Of a DNA stretch of 64,000 nt, positions 52,668 through 62,756 are shown piece by piece. Each line of letters begins with the position of its first letter. Positions within the stretch are counted from its first letter, which is position 1. The stretch spans positions 186,001 through 250,000 of the forward strand of contig CP074575.1 in NCBI GenBank assembly GCA_018394315.1, in the 5' to 3' direction. This DNA comes from Mycoplasmatota bacterium. Lineage in GTDB: Bacteria; Bacillota_I; Bacilli_A; MAG-NZ. The notes under the pieces are model-generated. The model was not told the DNA's origin, ran no database searches, and was given only the letters and a program-made list of their open reading frames with translations. A program made the translations under genes and the position numbers.

Positions 52668-52756
52668 ATTATATATAGAAATTTTGTATGATTTTCTTTA
52701 TCAAGGTGAAATGCAAAAAACACAACCTAAGCGGTTATGTTTTTTATGTGAACGGT
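52668..52756 (-). promoter_or_regulatory. cstA promoter with three LytTR-type boxes
   Basis: Minus strand ACCGTTCAC-12-ACCGCTTAG-12-GCATTTCAC (21-bp period), then TATAAT at 52673-52668. Confidence 0.75.
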
Positions 52757-52757
52757 T

Positions 52758-53507
52758 TCATAGATTTAACAAATCTTTAAACTCTTTACTATTCCTTCTA
52801 CTAACAGGTACCTCTTCATCATGGTTTTGGAACTTAACTACATAAGAACTACCATACCAAGGAATTATCTCAGAAATCTTATTTATGTGAATAATATAAT
52901 TTCTATGACTTCTAAAAAAATTAGGGGGCTCTAGAGTTTTTTCTAGATTGTTCAAGTTTTCTTGTGTGGAATATTCTTCATTTAAAGTATGGATTTTTGT
53001 TTCACCACTAATAACACTGCAATATAAAATATTTTCCTTATCAACTAAATATATGCGGTTATTTTTCCATAGAGGTAGTTTCTTACTTTTATTTTGTTTA
53101 CTTAATAAGTTTGTAATTAGTTCAATGCTTCTATTAGATTTATCAGATAATTTTTCTTCAAGTCTTTCCATAATGATTTTTAATCTATCTTCATTAAATG
53201 GTTTTAAGATATAGTCAGTTGCATTTGCCTCAAATGCTTTGACTGCATACTCATCAAAAGCAGTGGCAAAAACAATTAAAGGAGGATTATCAAAATCCAT
53301 CGTAATCGAAGCTACTTGAAATCCATCTATTTCAGGCATAGTTATATCTAAAAAAATCACATCAGGTTTAAGATTTTCAATAGCTTCTATTCCTTTTTTA
53401 GGATCACTATAAAATCCTACTATTTCAAAGTTTTTATAATTAGATAGTAAAAATGACATTTCCTCTAACGCAGGTATTTCATCGTCAATAAGTATTATTT
53501 TAAACAC
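52758..53507 (-). CDS. lytT: LytTR-family response regulator (LytT/YpdB-like)
   Basis: DDE, FLDI.MP, FATAFDEYAV.AFE, DYILKP, FFRSHRNYII, VPVSR. Confidence 0.85.
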   Translation of the reverse strand: MFKIILIDDEIPALEEMSFLLSNYKNFEIVGFYSDPKKGIEAIENLKPDVIFLDITMPEIDGFQVASITMDFDNPPLIVFATAFDEYAVKAFEANATDYILKPFNEDRLKIIMERLEEKLSDKSNRSIELITNLLSKQNKSKKLPLWKNNRIYLVDKENILYCSVISGETKIHTLNEEYSTQENLNNLEKTLEPPNFFRSHRNYIIHINKISEIIPWYGSSYVVKFQNHDEEVPVSRRNSKEFKDLLNL

Positions 53508-55189
53508 TATATCACCCCAACATTAGGTAAAGTTATTTTGACTCTAGTACCTTTATTGGGTGAGCTGTCTATTTGAAGACTTGTTTTATAGATACTTAGT
53601 AAGCGATCATTAACATTATTTACACCAATACCATTTGATTGATCCTTATTTAGTAAATCATAAACTTTTTCTTTAGACATACCTATCCCATTATCAGTTA
53701 CCTCAATAACGACATTATCGTCTTTACTCTTAGCGGAAATACAAAGCAGTCCATCCTGTTTCTTATCCTTTAGTCCATGTATTAAAGCATTTTCTACAAC
53801 AGGTTGCAAAATGAGTGGGGGTACAAGGCAATTAATTTTATTATCAATGTCATAATTAACTTTTAAACGTTCTGAAAATCTTGCATGTTCAATATCTAGA
53901 TAATTTTTAACATGTTCGATTTCTTGTTCAAACGGAATAAACTCTTCATTCGTTTTAAAACTAGTTCTAAGAAATAAGCTAAGCTTTGTTAATAAATCCC
54001 TCGCTTTTAAGGCATCAGTTCGACAGAACGATATTATTGTATTGAGAGCATTGAATAAAAAGTGTGGTTGTATTTGAGCTTGAAGTGCTTTTAGTTCAGC
54101 TTTTTGTAGTAAGTCCCTTTGATGTTCTATTTGACTTAGCTCTATTTGAGTAGAAAATAAATGGCCCAAACCTTTTGCAAGTACAATGTCGTAACTTGAA
54201 ATAGAATTCTCAGTTTTCTTATATAATTTTAAAGTCCCTATCACTTGATCTTTAATCTTTAAAGGTACAACTATTGAACTTCCAAGTTTACAACCAGCAG
54301 CTGGACACTCTATTTTCTCTTTTTCTTGAGCAACCATATATTTACCACTTTCAATAACTTTCTTAGTTATATTAGTATAGATTTTTCTACCATTCTTGTG
54401 GTGATCATCTCCAATACCAACATGTGCAAGAATCATGGTCTGATCTGTTAAAGCAACTGCATCTACATCAGTATTTTCACGTATTATTTTAGCGACTTTA
54501 GAAGCAGATATATAATTTAAACCATTTCTTAAAATTGCTAATGTTTTAGTAGCAACATTAAGTGCTAATTGTGCCTTAACTGCTCCTGCTCTTTCATGTT
54601 CTTCAAAGATCTGTTCAATAAATAATATGAGAGCTCCTGTACCGATTGAATTAATAAATGTCATTGGTATAAATATGAGTTTTACTAAAAATAAAGCATC
54701 CTCAAATGGTTTTGCTATTAAAAGAATAATTCCCATCTGTATTGTTTCAATAAAGAATGCAACTATTGCTCCCCATAACCATTTTCTACTCTTTTGATCA
54801 ATTTTCTTCTTTGCAAGGCCCGCAATGAAGCCTCCAATAATTGTAGATATCCCACATGCAACTGCAGTAAACCTTCCAGTTACAATAACCATCCTATGTA
54901 TTCCAGCAATAAGTCCTGCTACAATACCTACAGTAGGTCCACCAAGTAGTCCTGCTACAATTACTCCGATTGATCTAGAATTTGCAATTGCCCCATGTAT
55001 TGGTATACCTGAATAAGTACCTACTATACCAACAATTCCAAATACTACTGAGAATATTACTTTATCTGTTTTCGTCAATTTCTCCTTAAGAATAAAATAC
55101 TTGAATATGTTTAATCTCGATAGAATAAATGCTGCAAGTACAATAATTCCCAGTTTACTAAATAATGAATTTACTAACTCAAATAGCAT
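53507..55189 (-). CDS. lytS: LytS/YehU-family 5TM sensor histidine kinase
   Basis: 5TM-5TMR N-terminus, GAF domain, LQAQIQPHFLFNALN, LQPVVENA, DNGIG. Confidence 0.88.
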   Translation of the reverse strand: MLFELVNSLFSKLGIIVLAAFILSRLNIFKYFILKEKLTKTDKVIFSVVFGIVGIVGTYSGIPIHGAIANSRSIGVIVAGLLGGPTVGIVAGLIAGIHRMVIVTGRFTAVACGISTIIGGFIAGLAKKKIDQKSRKWLWGAIVAFFIETIQMGIILLIAKPFEDALFLVKLIFIPMTFINSIGTGALILFIEQIFEEHERAGAVKAQLALNVATKTLAILRNGLNYISASKVAKIIRENTDVDAVALTDQTMILAHVGIGDDHHKNGRKIYTNITKKVIESGKYMVAQEKEKIECPAAGCKLGSSIVVPLKIKDQVIGTLKLYKKTENSISSYDIVLAKGLGHLFSTQIELSQIEHQRDLLQKAELKALQAQIQPHFLFNALNTIISFCRTDALKARDLLTKLSLFLRTSFKTNEEFIPFEQEIEHVKNYLDIEHARFSERLKVNYDIDNKINCLVPPLILQPVVENALIHGLKDKKQDGLLCISAKSKDDNVVIEVTDNGIGMSKEKVYDLLNKDQSNGIGVNNVNDRLLSIYKTSLQIDSSPNKGTRVKITLPNVGVI

Positions 55190-55408
55190 AATATTACCTC
55201 GTTCCATAGTTTGATACTTACATCTGAAACAATAAAGAATAGTCCTAAATGAATAATCATATATTTTTAGAATTTCACATAGTACAAACTATTATACGGT
55301 AACATTTTTATAATCTATTTTTTAATTGATTTGAGGACTGAGCATTAATTGACTTCTTCACCTTTTTTCTCTACAAATCTATTCAAACCATATATCATCA
55401 TTAAAACA

Positions 55409-55600
55409 ATCGAGTAGGAGGAAATTGATTAATTACCTACCTCTCACATCACCAAACATAGCGTTCGGTACTTTCCATTTTATTTTACCTAATAGAATTA
55501 CAATAGTTGAGTGCGGATATGAGTACTCGCTTTTCTAATCTTTCATTTGTAATTGTTGACAGTATCCAACTATTTGATATTCATGTGTAACTCATACGAT
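55409..55600 (-). mobile_element. Decayed 3' end of a group IIC intron (maturase tail + domains V/VI)
   Basis: Minus strand TACCGAACGCTATGTTTGGTGATGTGAGAGG...CCTCCTACTCGAT resembles IIC DV/DVI; upstream residual SWILSTITNERLEKR.LISALNY resembles the maturase C-terminus. Confidence 0.75.
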
Positions 55601-55711
55601 AGTTGTTATAACATTGTTTATCGATGTTTGTTAAAATAAGATAATAATGATAAAATTTTGTTATCTATAAAATATGTATTAGTTATTAATTTGAATTAAA
55701 CACATCAAATA

Positions 55712-55733
55712 AATTTCTAATGAATTTCTAATG
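55712..55733 (+). promoter_or_regulatory. OmpR/PhoB-type tandem box upstream of the two-component operon
   Basis: AATTTCTAATG x2 with an 11-bp period, followed by TATAAT motifs. Confidence 0.6.
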
Positions 55734-55797
55734 TTTTATAAAGTACCTTATAATATTCTATAAGTATAATAGGGGCATAAGGATAGGAGGAATCAAA

Positions 55798-56301
55798 ATG
55801 AAAAAATTGAATTTTAACAAAGTTAAGGATTTGATGGATGAACTTGACGTTGATTTTAAGGTAGCTAAGAAAGCATTGAGGAAATCACGTGGGAATTATG
55901 ACGGTGCAGTATTTTATATTAAAGAATGGAAGAGAAAAAAAGTGAAAATTAATAATGACAAATTAAATAGTATTTTAGAAAATATATTTGCAATATTTAA
56001 ATATAAACTTGAAGCTAAGAAAGATGATAAAGTTGTACTTTCTTTAAACATACTAGTAATTCTAGTTGTAACTCTATTATTAACATTGTTTAGTTACTCA
56101 TTTAGATCAGATATGATATTAATTATATTTGTAATAATGTTGGTAGCAATGTATTATAAAATTGAAATTTCTTTACTACCTTCAGATAGTTCATTTGAAG
56201 AAATCTTCACAATCAACCGTGATCTTAAAGAAACTCAAGAAAGTGAAGAAACAGAATTAGTTGAAGAGGAAGACGGAGACTTTAACGAAATCGAGGTATA
56301 A
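55798..56301 (+). CDS. Hypothetical membrane protein with UBA/EF-Ts-N-like N-terminus (DUF4342-like)
   Basis: V..AKKALRKSRGNYDGAV..I; two TM helices; acidic tail. Confidence 0.65.
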   Translation: MKKLNFNKVKDLMDELDVDFKVAKKALRKSRGNYDGAVFYIKEWKRKKVKINNDKLNSILENIFAIFKYKLEAKKDDKVVLSLNILVILVVTLLLTLFSYSFRSDMILIIFVIMLVAMYYKIEISLLPSDSSFEEIFTINRDLKETQESEETELVEEEDGDFNEIEV

Positions 56302-56303
56302 TT

Positions 56304-56981
56304 ATGAAAAACATCTTAATAGTTGAAGATGATCCTAAAATAGCAAAATTCGTTCAGTTGGAATTAAACCACGAAGGGTATGAAACTACAGTTGAACATG
56401 ATGGTAGAAGCGGACTCGACCGAGCATTTTCGGTTGAGTTTGATGCCGTTATCCTAGATATAATGTTACCATTTTTATCAGGCACAGAAGTTCTTAGACG
56501 TATAAGAAAAGAAAGCGACGTACCTGTAATTATGCTTACTGCTAAAGATGATATATCAGATAAAGTGATGGGATTAGACCTTGGGGCTGATGACTATATT
56601 ACAAAACCTTTCGCTATTGAGGAGTTACTAGCGAGACTTAGAGTAGTTTTGAAAAGAACTAAAAAAGGAGTTTCTGAATTAACTGTTGGTTTGTTAAGAG
56701 TTGATGAGAGATCTAGAAGTGTCTTCTACAGTAATGCAGAAATAGAATTAACTAAAAAAGAGTATGAGTTACTTCTATATTTATTAAAGAATAAGGGACA
56801 AGCACTAAACAGAGAATTACTATTAACAAAAGTTTGGGGCTATGATTATGTAGGTGAGACTAATATTTTAGATGTCTATATTTCATATTTAAGAAATAAA
56901 ATCGATCACCGTTTTAACATTAGTTTAATTGAAACAGTTAGAGGTATTGGATACATAATTAAGGATAAAGCAGATGAGTAG
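56304..56981 (+). CDS. OmpR-family response regulator (ArlR-like)
   Basis: ILIVEDD, LDIMLP, GADDYITKPF, VWGYDY, IETVRGIGY. Confidence 0.93.
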   Translation: MKNILIVEDDPKIAKFVQLELNHEGYETTVEHDGRSGLDRAFSVEFDAVILDIMLPFLSGTEVLRRIRKESDVPVIMLTAKDDISDKVMGLDLGADDYITKPFAIEELLARLRVVLKRTKKGVSELTVGLLRVDERSRSVFYSNAEIELTKKEYELLLYLLKNKGQALNRELLLTKVWGYDYVGETNILDVYISYLRNKIDHRFNISLIETVRGIGYIIKDKADE

Positions 56982-58362
56982 ATCACATCTAACTAGCAAA
57001 CAGCAATATGACACTAAGAAATTAAAACGACAACACACATTTAGTGGTAGAATATCAAAAGGGTTTAGAAGAATATTAAGCTATATTTTCTTTATAAATC
57101 TCCTACTAATTATCAGTTTTTTATTACTTAATATTTATAACGATAACATTAAACAAAATGAATATATCATAAATTATACTACATTTAATTCTGAAGCAGA
57201 TTTTATTAATTTCTTAGATAATAATATAGATAATTATGAATTGAAAAGAACAGAAGACAACACAATTAATATGAATTATGTTCCACATTATATATTTAAT
57301 CAAGTAAACTTTGATCTATTAGATGTATTAAACCGATCTAATTGGGTATTTAGAGATGTTCAATTAATTACTGTAAATGAAGATAATTATGAGTTATACA
57401 CCTATGTAACATTAGGAAATATAGTAGATGAGTTCACTAAATTTGAGACACTACTATTTTTTGGAACTCTCGCAGCAGTTTCATTAATCGGAGCTGTATT
57501 AATGAGGGGATATAGTTCATTAGCTGCAAGAAGTGTTACTAAACCAATAAGGGATATATCAAGACTAACTAAAGATATTACAGTACAAAACTTAAATATG
57601 AGGTTAGATGTTGATGTTCGCCAAAAAGAATTAAGAGAATTGATAGTAACAATAAACAGAATGTTAGATAGAATATATGATGATTATCAAATGCATCGTA
57701 GATTTGTTTCTGATGTATCTCACGAATTAAGAACACCTCTATCAGTAATTGATGGGTATGCAAATATGCTTAATCGCTGGGCAAAAGATGATCAAGAGGT
57801 ATTTGATGAATCAGTAAATGCGATTATTGATGAATCTAAAAATATGAAATTACTAGTTGAAAATTTATTGATACTTGCAAGACATGATAATAAAACTACA
57901 TCATATAAAATGAAACAATTTAATTTATCGGAATTAGTTCAAGATGTGTATAAAGAAACATTACTTATAAATGAAGAGAAACATAAAGTTAGTTCTAATA
58001 TTACTTCTAATATAGTTGTAAGAGCTGATGAACATAAAATTAAACAATCAATTAGAATATTTGTTGATAATGCACTTAAGTATACTCCTGAAGGTGAAAC
58101 GATAAACATTAATTTATCATACACAAATTCACACGCAATTATTGAAGTCAGGGATACAGGTATTGGTATAGCTAAAAAAGACTTAAATAAAGTATTTGAT
58201 AGATTTTACAGAAGTGACGAGTCAAGGAGTAGAAAAACCGGTGGTCATGGATTAGGATTATCGCTAGCAAAGGCTATCATTAAAGACCATGATGGAAAAA
58301 TAACAGTTAAGAGTGCAATAAGTAGAGGAACTATCGTTAAGATTAAGCTAATGGCTAATTGA
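56974..58362 (+). CDS. HAMP-domain sensor histidine kinase (ArlS-like)
   Basis: 2 TM helices, FVSDVSHELRTPL, DNALKY, DTGIG, FDRFYR, GHGLGL. Confidence 0.93.
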   Translation: MSRSHLTSKQQYDTKKLKRQHTFSGRISKGFRRILSYIFFINLLLIISFLLLNIYNDNIKQNEYIINYTTFNSEADFINFLDNNIDNYELKRTEDNTINMNYVPHYIFNQVNFDLLDVLNRSNWVFRDVQLITVNEDNYELYTYVTLGNIVDEFTKFETLLFFGTLAAVSLIGAVLMRGYSSLAARSVTKPIRDISRLTKDITVQNLNMRLDVDVRQKELRELIVTINRMLDRIYDDYQMHRRFVSDVSHELRTPLSVIDGYANMLNRWAKDDQEVFDESVNAIIDESKNMKLLVENLLILARHDNKTTSYKMKQFNLSELVQDVYKETLLINEEKHKVSSNITSNIVVRADEHKIKQSIRIFVDNALKYTPEGETININLSYTNSHAIIEVRDTGIGIAKKDLNKVFDRFYRSDESRSRKTGGHGLGLSLAKAIIKDHDGKITVKSAISRGTIVKIKLMAN

Positions 58363-58407
58363 AAGGATTAAATAATCATTAGTTTATAGAAGTATAATTT
58401 TACTAGA

Positions 58408-58440
58408 TGAAAAGTGATGTAGTTAACTACATCATTTTTT
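58408..58440 (+). terminator. Terminator after the histidine kinase
   Basis: AAAGTGATGTAG-ttaa-CTACATCATTTTTT. Confidence 0.75.
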
Positions 58441-58502
58441 GCTTTACTGCTACCCCTAAACTTAAGAAATTTATATCATTAGTTGATGAGTTTCAATATT
58501 GA

Positions 58503-58565
58503 ACTTTATTTGCTACTGGTATAAGAAGAGGAGAAACTCTAGCACTTACAGTGAAGGGTTTTGAT
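58503..58565 (+). pseudogene. Tyrosine-recombinase (integrase) fragment
   Basis: Translates TLFATGIRRGETLALTVKGFD, matching box I TG.R.GE..AL...D. Confidence 0.6.
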
Positions 58566-58837
58566 GCAGTGAGTGACAATATAAACTCAAACAAATGCTT
58601 GTGGAGTGTATCTGGTATTCGGTTTATCATAAGTATTAAGTTCTTTTACTCCAACATACTCAAATATAAATTCATTTGTATCGTCTACAAATTTTGTTAG
58701 GAACATGACACCTGACTTTTGTAGAAATACTTTTATAAAACTCATATCGCCTCATTCAACCGTATTCTTTAATATGTAAATAAGTTTGTAAAATAAAATT
58801 GTGATATTCATTATTTTTATACATAATACCTCAAAAT

Positions 58838-59773
58838 TTACCCTAATAACTCCTCCACAATCCTTACGGCGTGATAACCAGCTTCGAAGTCTACTAGCTG
58901 AACTGGTTCTCCTTCAACTGCTTTTCTAAACGAATCAATCAAATGATAAGTAGCATTGTATGGATCCAGTTCAATTTGAATTTTCTGATCTCTGTTAATT
59001 AGAAACAGGTTTCTCCAATTTACAAACTCAATTACACCTTCTGAACCCCAAATTGATAATTTCAGGTCTTCTTTATGACCAATACCTGTCATTCCGTTAA
59101 ATACCAGCGGAATATTATTGATTTGTCCTCGGGCAAGTATATCAATTTCAGATTTTTTAGGGTCTTCAGGATAAACAGCATTTGAATCATTTATTTCAAT
59201 TAATCCAAAATAATCGTGAATTAATTGAATAAAATGTGTAAAGATTTCTCTAACAAACCCACCTTGATCTTTTGAATCTATCCATGGATTGATTTGCCAT
59301 TTTCTAGGCCAATCAGGGAAAATTCCATTTAGTTCAATACGCTTAATTTTACCTATTTTTTTCTCGTTTAGCATTTCTTTAAATTTTTTGTAAGCCGGAC
59401 CATAATATAGTGGAAAATTCATTCCGTTAATCAGTGGTTTACCTTTAGCAAACTCCATCATTATTTCAGCCTCTTCTATAGTATTTGCTAATGGTTTTTC
59501 ACATAATATGTGCTTACCACTATTCATTATATCTAAAGCCAGATCCTTGTGAAACTTCGGTGGAACTGCTAAGTAAACTGCTTGCACAGCATCATCATTT
59601 AACATTTCACTTATTGAAGCTACAGGTTTAACATTATATTTATCACATATTTCTATTGTTTTTTCTTGATCGATGTCGTAAACACTAATTATTTCTATTT
59701 CATTATGATCTTTAAAAATCGGAAGTAACCTTTCCCCAATCGCGCCAAGACCTATAATACTTATTCCAATCAT
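58838..59773 (-). CDS. Gfo/Idh/MocA-family oxidoreductase
   Basis: IIGLGAIG, VYLAVPP, HILCEKPLA, GGFVREIFTH. Confidence 0.92.
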   Translation of the reverse strand: MIGISIIGLGAIGERLLPIFKDHNEIEIISVYDIDQEKTIEICDKYNVKPVASISEMLNDDAVQAVYLAVPPKFHKDLALDIMNSGKHILCEKPLANTIEEAEIMMEFAKGKPLINGMNFPLYYGPAYKKFKEMLNEKKIGKIKRIELNGIFPDWPRKWQINPWIDSKDQGGFVREIFTHFIQLIHDYFGLIEINDSNAVYPEDPKKSEIDILARGQINNIPLVFNGMTGIGHKEDLKLSIWGSEGVIEFVNWRNLFLINRDQKIQIELDPYNATYHLIDSFRKAVEGEPVQLVDFEAGYHAVRIVEELLG

Positions 59774-59872
59774 TTGAACCTCCTTTTAATTATAATTTAT
59801 ATTACCACAACATCACTATAAACCTAATTTAAAATTAAAAAAGACCAACTTTTTAGTTGATGTTTGTTATGA

Positions 59873-60688
59873 CACGTCTTTGCTTCAAGAAACGCTGCTT
59901 TTGTAACCGGATCGTTGTTAACTGGTTTTTTAGCTGAGTATTTTTCAGTACATATAAGTTCTGATGCAATATCAATACGATATGCACTAATAGTAATTAG
60001 TACAATTAGTCTTATTGCTGTAATTCCACTTAGCAGGTTAAAACCAAAACCTATAGTAATAACAAAAAAACTAAGTCTTCGTGAGCTTAAAGATTATTTC
60101 ACAAAAGTAAATATTATGTTCTTGGCTTATACAAGTTTTATTGGTCTAGGAGCTGGTCTAGTGGTTCCTTTCTTTGGTGTTTATTTAAAATATATGCTAG
60201 AAACCACTGAAAGTATTGTCGGTCTAATCCTTAGCTTCGCTCAACTAGGAACGGTCATTGGTGGTCTTAGCGTACCTATCATAAGCAAACATATTGGTAA
60301 ATATAAAACGATTGTTGCAACCCAACTTTTGAGTATTCCATTACTAATTGCTATTGGATTCCCTCAAGGATTAATTATTGTGTCTATAGCCTTCTTCTTA
60401 AGGAGTTCATTAATGAATATGAGTCAGCCACTGATTCGTAATATTTCTATGCAAATGGTTGATGACCAGCAAAGATCTCTAATGAGCGCTATGCGTGCAA
60501 TGGTGAATAATTTAGCAAGAGCATTAGGAATATTTTTAGGTGGCAGTTTAATGAGTATGTATACATATAATACACCATATATTTTTACAATTTTATTTTA
60601 TATTATTGGAACATGTATCTTCTTCATTATCTTTAAAAAAGAAATTACTGAAAAGCATATATTTTCTAGTAACCATTCCTCTAAATAA
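59873..60688 (+). pseudogene. 5'-truncated MFS transporter
   Basis: Starts mid-protein (ASRNAAFVTGSLLTG) with no RBS; retains GLGAGLVVPFFGVY and RSSLMNMSQP, i.e. only the C-terminal helices. Confidence 0.7.
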
Positions 60689-60914
60689 ACTAGTAATTTT
60701 ATTTACTGTAACAAAATACTAAAAGAAATATTCTTCTAAATTATACTCTTTTAATCTCATCCATTTAAAAATAAGAATCCAGAATGTCCACCCTGTAATA
60801 TTACACCTGAAGACCATATTATGAAATCTTCAAGAACAAAAGTTTCCAATCATTAAAAGCAATTCACATAAAAAAACCCAATTGGGTTTATTCTATGTTT
60901 AATTATCTTGAACG

Positions 60915-62756
60915 TTACGACTCTAAATAATATTTTGACTGAGCGTTCCACATTCTGTGATACATTCCTTCATTCATTAATAAATGTTTATGTTCTCCTT
61001 TTTCTACTATTTCTCCTTCATCTATTACAATTATCTCATCACAAAATTTACAACTACTCATCCTGTGCGAAATAAAAATTGATGTTCTATCTTTTACTAA
61101 GTCATTAAAGTTTTCATAAATCTCAGCTTCAGATTTTGGATCAAGCGCAGCTGTTGGTTCATCAAGAATTACAATAGGAGAGTCTTTATATAATGCTCTC
61201 GCTATTGCTAATTTCTGAGCTTCTCCTCCAGATATCTCAATACCATCTTCTTTTGATCTTTGATAAATAACAGTATCAATTGATTTAGGCATATTATTTA
61301 CTCTATCAAGCATTCCAGTTTTTTCAAGCGTTTCTTCAACTTTTTTCAAATCTCCATTGAGTCCTGAAGAGACATTATCTTTAATACTATAAGAGAATAG
61401 TTTAAAATCTTGGAATACCACTGAAAACAGTTTATCCATTGTTTCCTTGTTATAAGATTTAAGTGGTATATTGTTTATAAATATTTCACCTTCAATCGGT
61501 TCATATAATCTACAAAGCAATTTAATAAGTGTTGTCTTACCAGCGCCATTTGATCCTACTATTGCCAATTTTGATCCTTTTTCAAGTTTTAAATTTATAT
61601 TCTTAAGTGTATATTCTTCCTGATTAGGATATTTGAATGAAACATTCTTAAATTCTACTTCCAAATTATTTAAATCTAAGTAATCTACTTCACCATATTC
61701 TTTAGTAGATTGTAGATTTAAGAATGTAAAATAGTTATTTAAGTAGTTATTAAATAAATGCAATTTAGAATATCTCTCAATAATACTTGTAATTGATATC
61801 GATACTAACGTAATTGATCCAACATATGAAACTACATTACCTATTGTAATAAGCCCATACATTGCTTTTAAACCAACGAATAGATAAGCTGTTAATATTA
61901 GTAGTTTATTCCCGAAAATTGAAATAGCCATCATTTTAGTTTTAAAGATTGAAAAATTACGCCAGAGTATATCTGCTTTTTTCCTTTCTGTTTTCATGAT
62001 GTCAATAATTAAATCCTGCATTTGATATAATCTAAGATCTTTTCCATATTTATAGTTAGAACATATTTGATAAAAATAGGAGAACTTTCTATTAGCATCA
62101 ATATTGTACATCATGATGTCGTACGACTTTTCATTCTCTTTTTTTAGTACATATCCAGATGTTATTGCTGGAATGAATAATGCGAGTAAAATTAATAATA
62201 TACTCCATGGATTATTTAAAAATGTAATGAGTGAATTTGCACTTGTAATATCTTTGCTTTGTAGTAATCCAAATAACAATGTTATACCAAATACTAAACT
62301 TAGTACGGATGAAAGAATCCCACTAAGTACATACTCACAATAAACTTTAATACCACCATTACCTGCACAACCCTCTTCAGCCATTTGAATTAACTTCATT
62401 GTAGAATTATCCTCCAAAGTAGCATAGTCTATTTCAAATGATTTAAGGGCTATTTTATTGTCTAAATTGTAATTAAGTTCAACAGTATAGGTTTTATTTA
62501 AGTAATTGAGATAGTTTCTAATTATACTTATAATTAAATTTAATCCTATCATCCAATAAACATAAAACATTAATTCGATTCTAGGAATATTATTTACTAT
62601 TCCATCAATTAGTAAATAAGTAAAGAAGATTGATACATATGGGAAAACAGCAGTAAAAAATGATTGTAAAATGAATACATAGAAATACCCTTTTGATAAT
62701 TTGAATGCCACTTTAAGTACATTTATTGTTTTACTAAAATTCCCCTTAACTTTCAT
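60915..62756 (-). CDS. ABC exporter ATPase/permease
   Basis: TMD + GSNGAGKTT, ISGGEAQKLAIARA, LDEPTAALD; start ATG 62756 after GGAGGG. Confidence 0.92.
   Translation of the reverse strand: MKVKGNFSKTINVLKVAFKLSKGYFYVFILQSFFTAVFPYVSIFFTYLLIDGIVNNIPRIELMFYVYWMIGLNLIISIIRNYLNYLNKTYTVELNYNLDNKIALKSFEIDYATLEDNSTMKLIQMAEEGCAGNGGIKVYCEYVLSGILSSVLSLVFGITLLFGLLQSKDITSANSLITFLNNPWSILLILLALFIPAITSGYVLKKENEKSYDIMMYNIDANRKFSYFYQICSNYKYGKDLRLYQMQDLIIDIMKTERKKADILWRNFSIFKTKMMAISIFGNKLLILTAYLFVGLKAMYGLITIGNVVSYVGSITLVSISITSIIERYSKLHLFNNYLNNYFTFLNLQSTKEYGEVDYLDLNNLEVEFKNVSFKYPNQEEYTLKNINLKLEKGSKLAIVGSNGAGKTTLIKLLCRLYEPIEGEIFINNIPLKSYNKETMDKLFSVVFQDFKLFSYSIKDNVSSGLNGDLKKVEETLEKTGMLDRVNNMPKSIDTVIYQRSKEDGIEISGGEAQKLAIARALYKDSPIVILDEPTAALDPKSEAEIYENFNDLVKDRTSIFISHRMSSCKFCDEIIVIDEGEIVEKGEHKHLLMNEGMYHRMWNAQSKYYLES

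Noticed and set aside
60790..60840. Purine riboswitch (AATATGG hairpin on the minus strand)
   Set aside because: No TTTCTACC/CCGTAAA elements and no relevant downstream gene; none found upstream of the purine or nucleoside operons either
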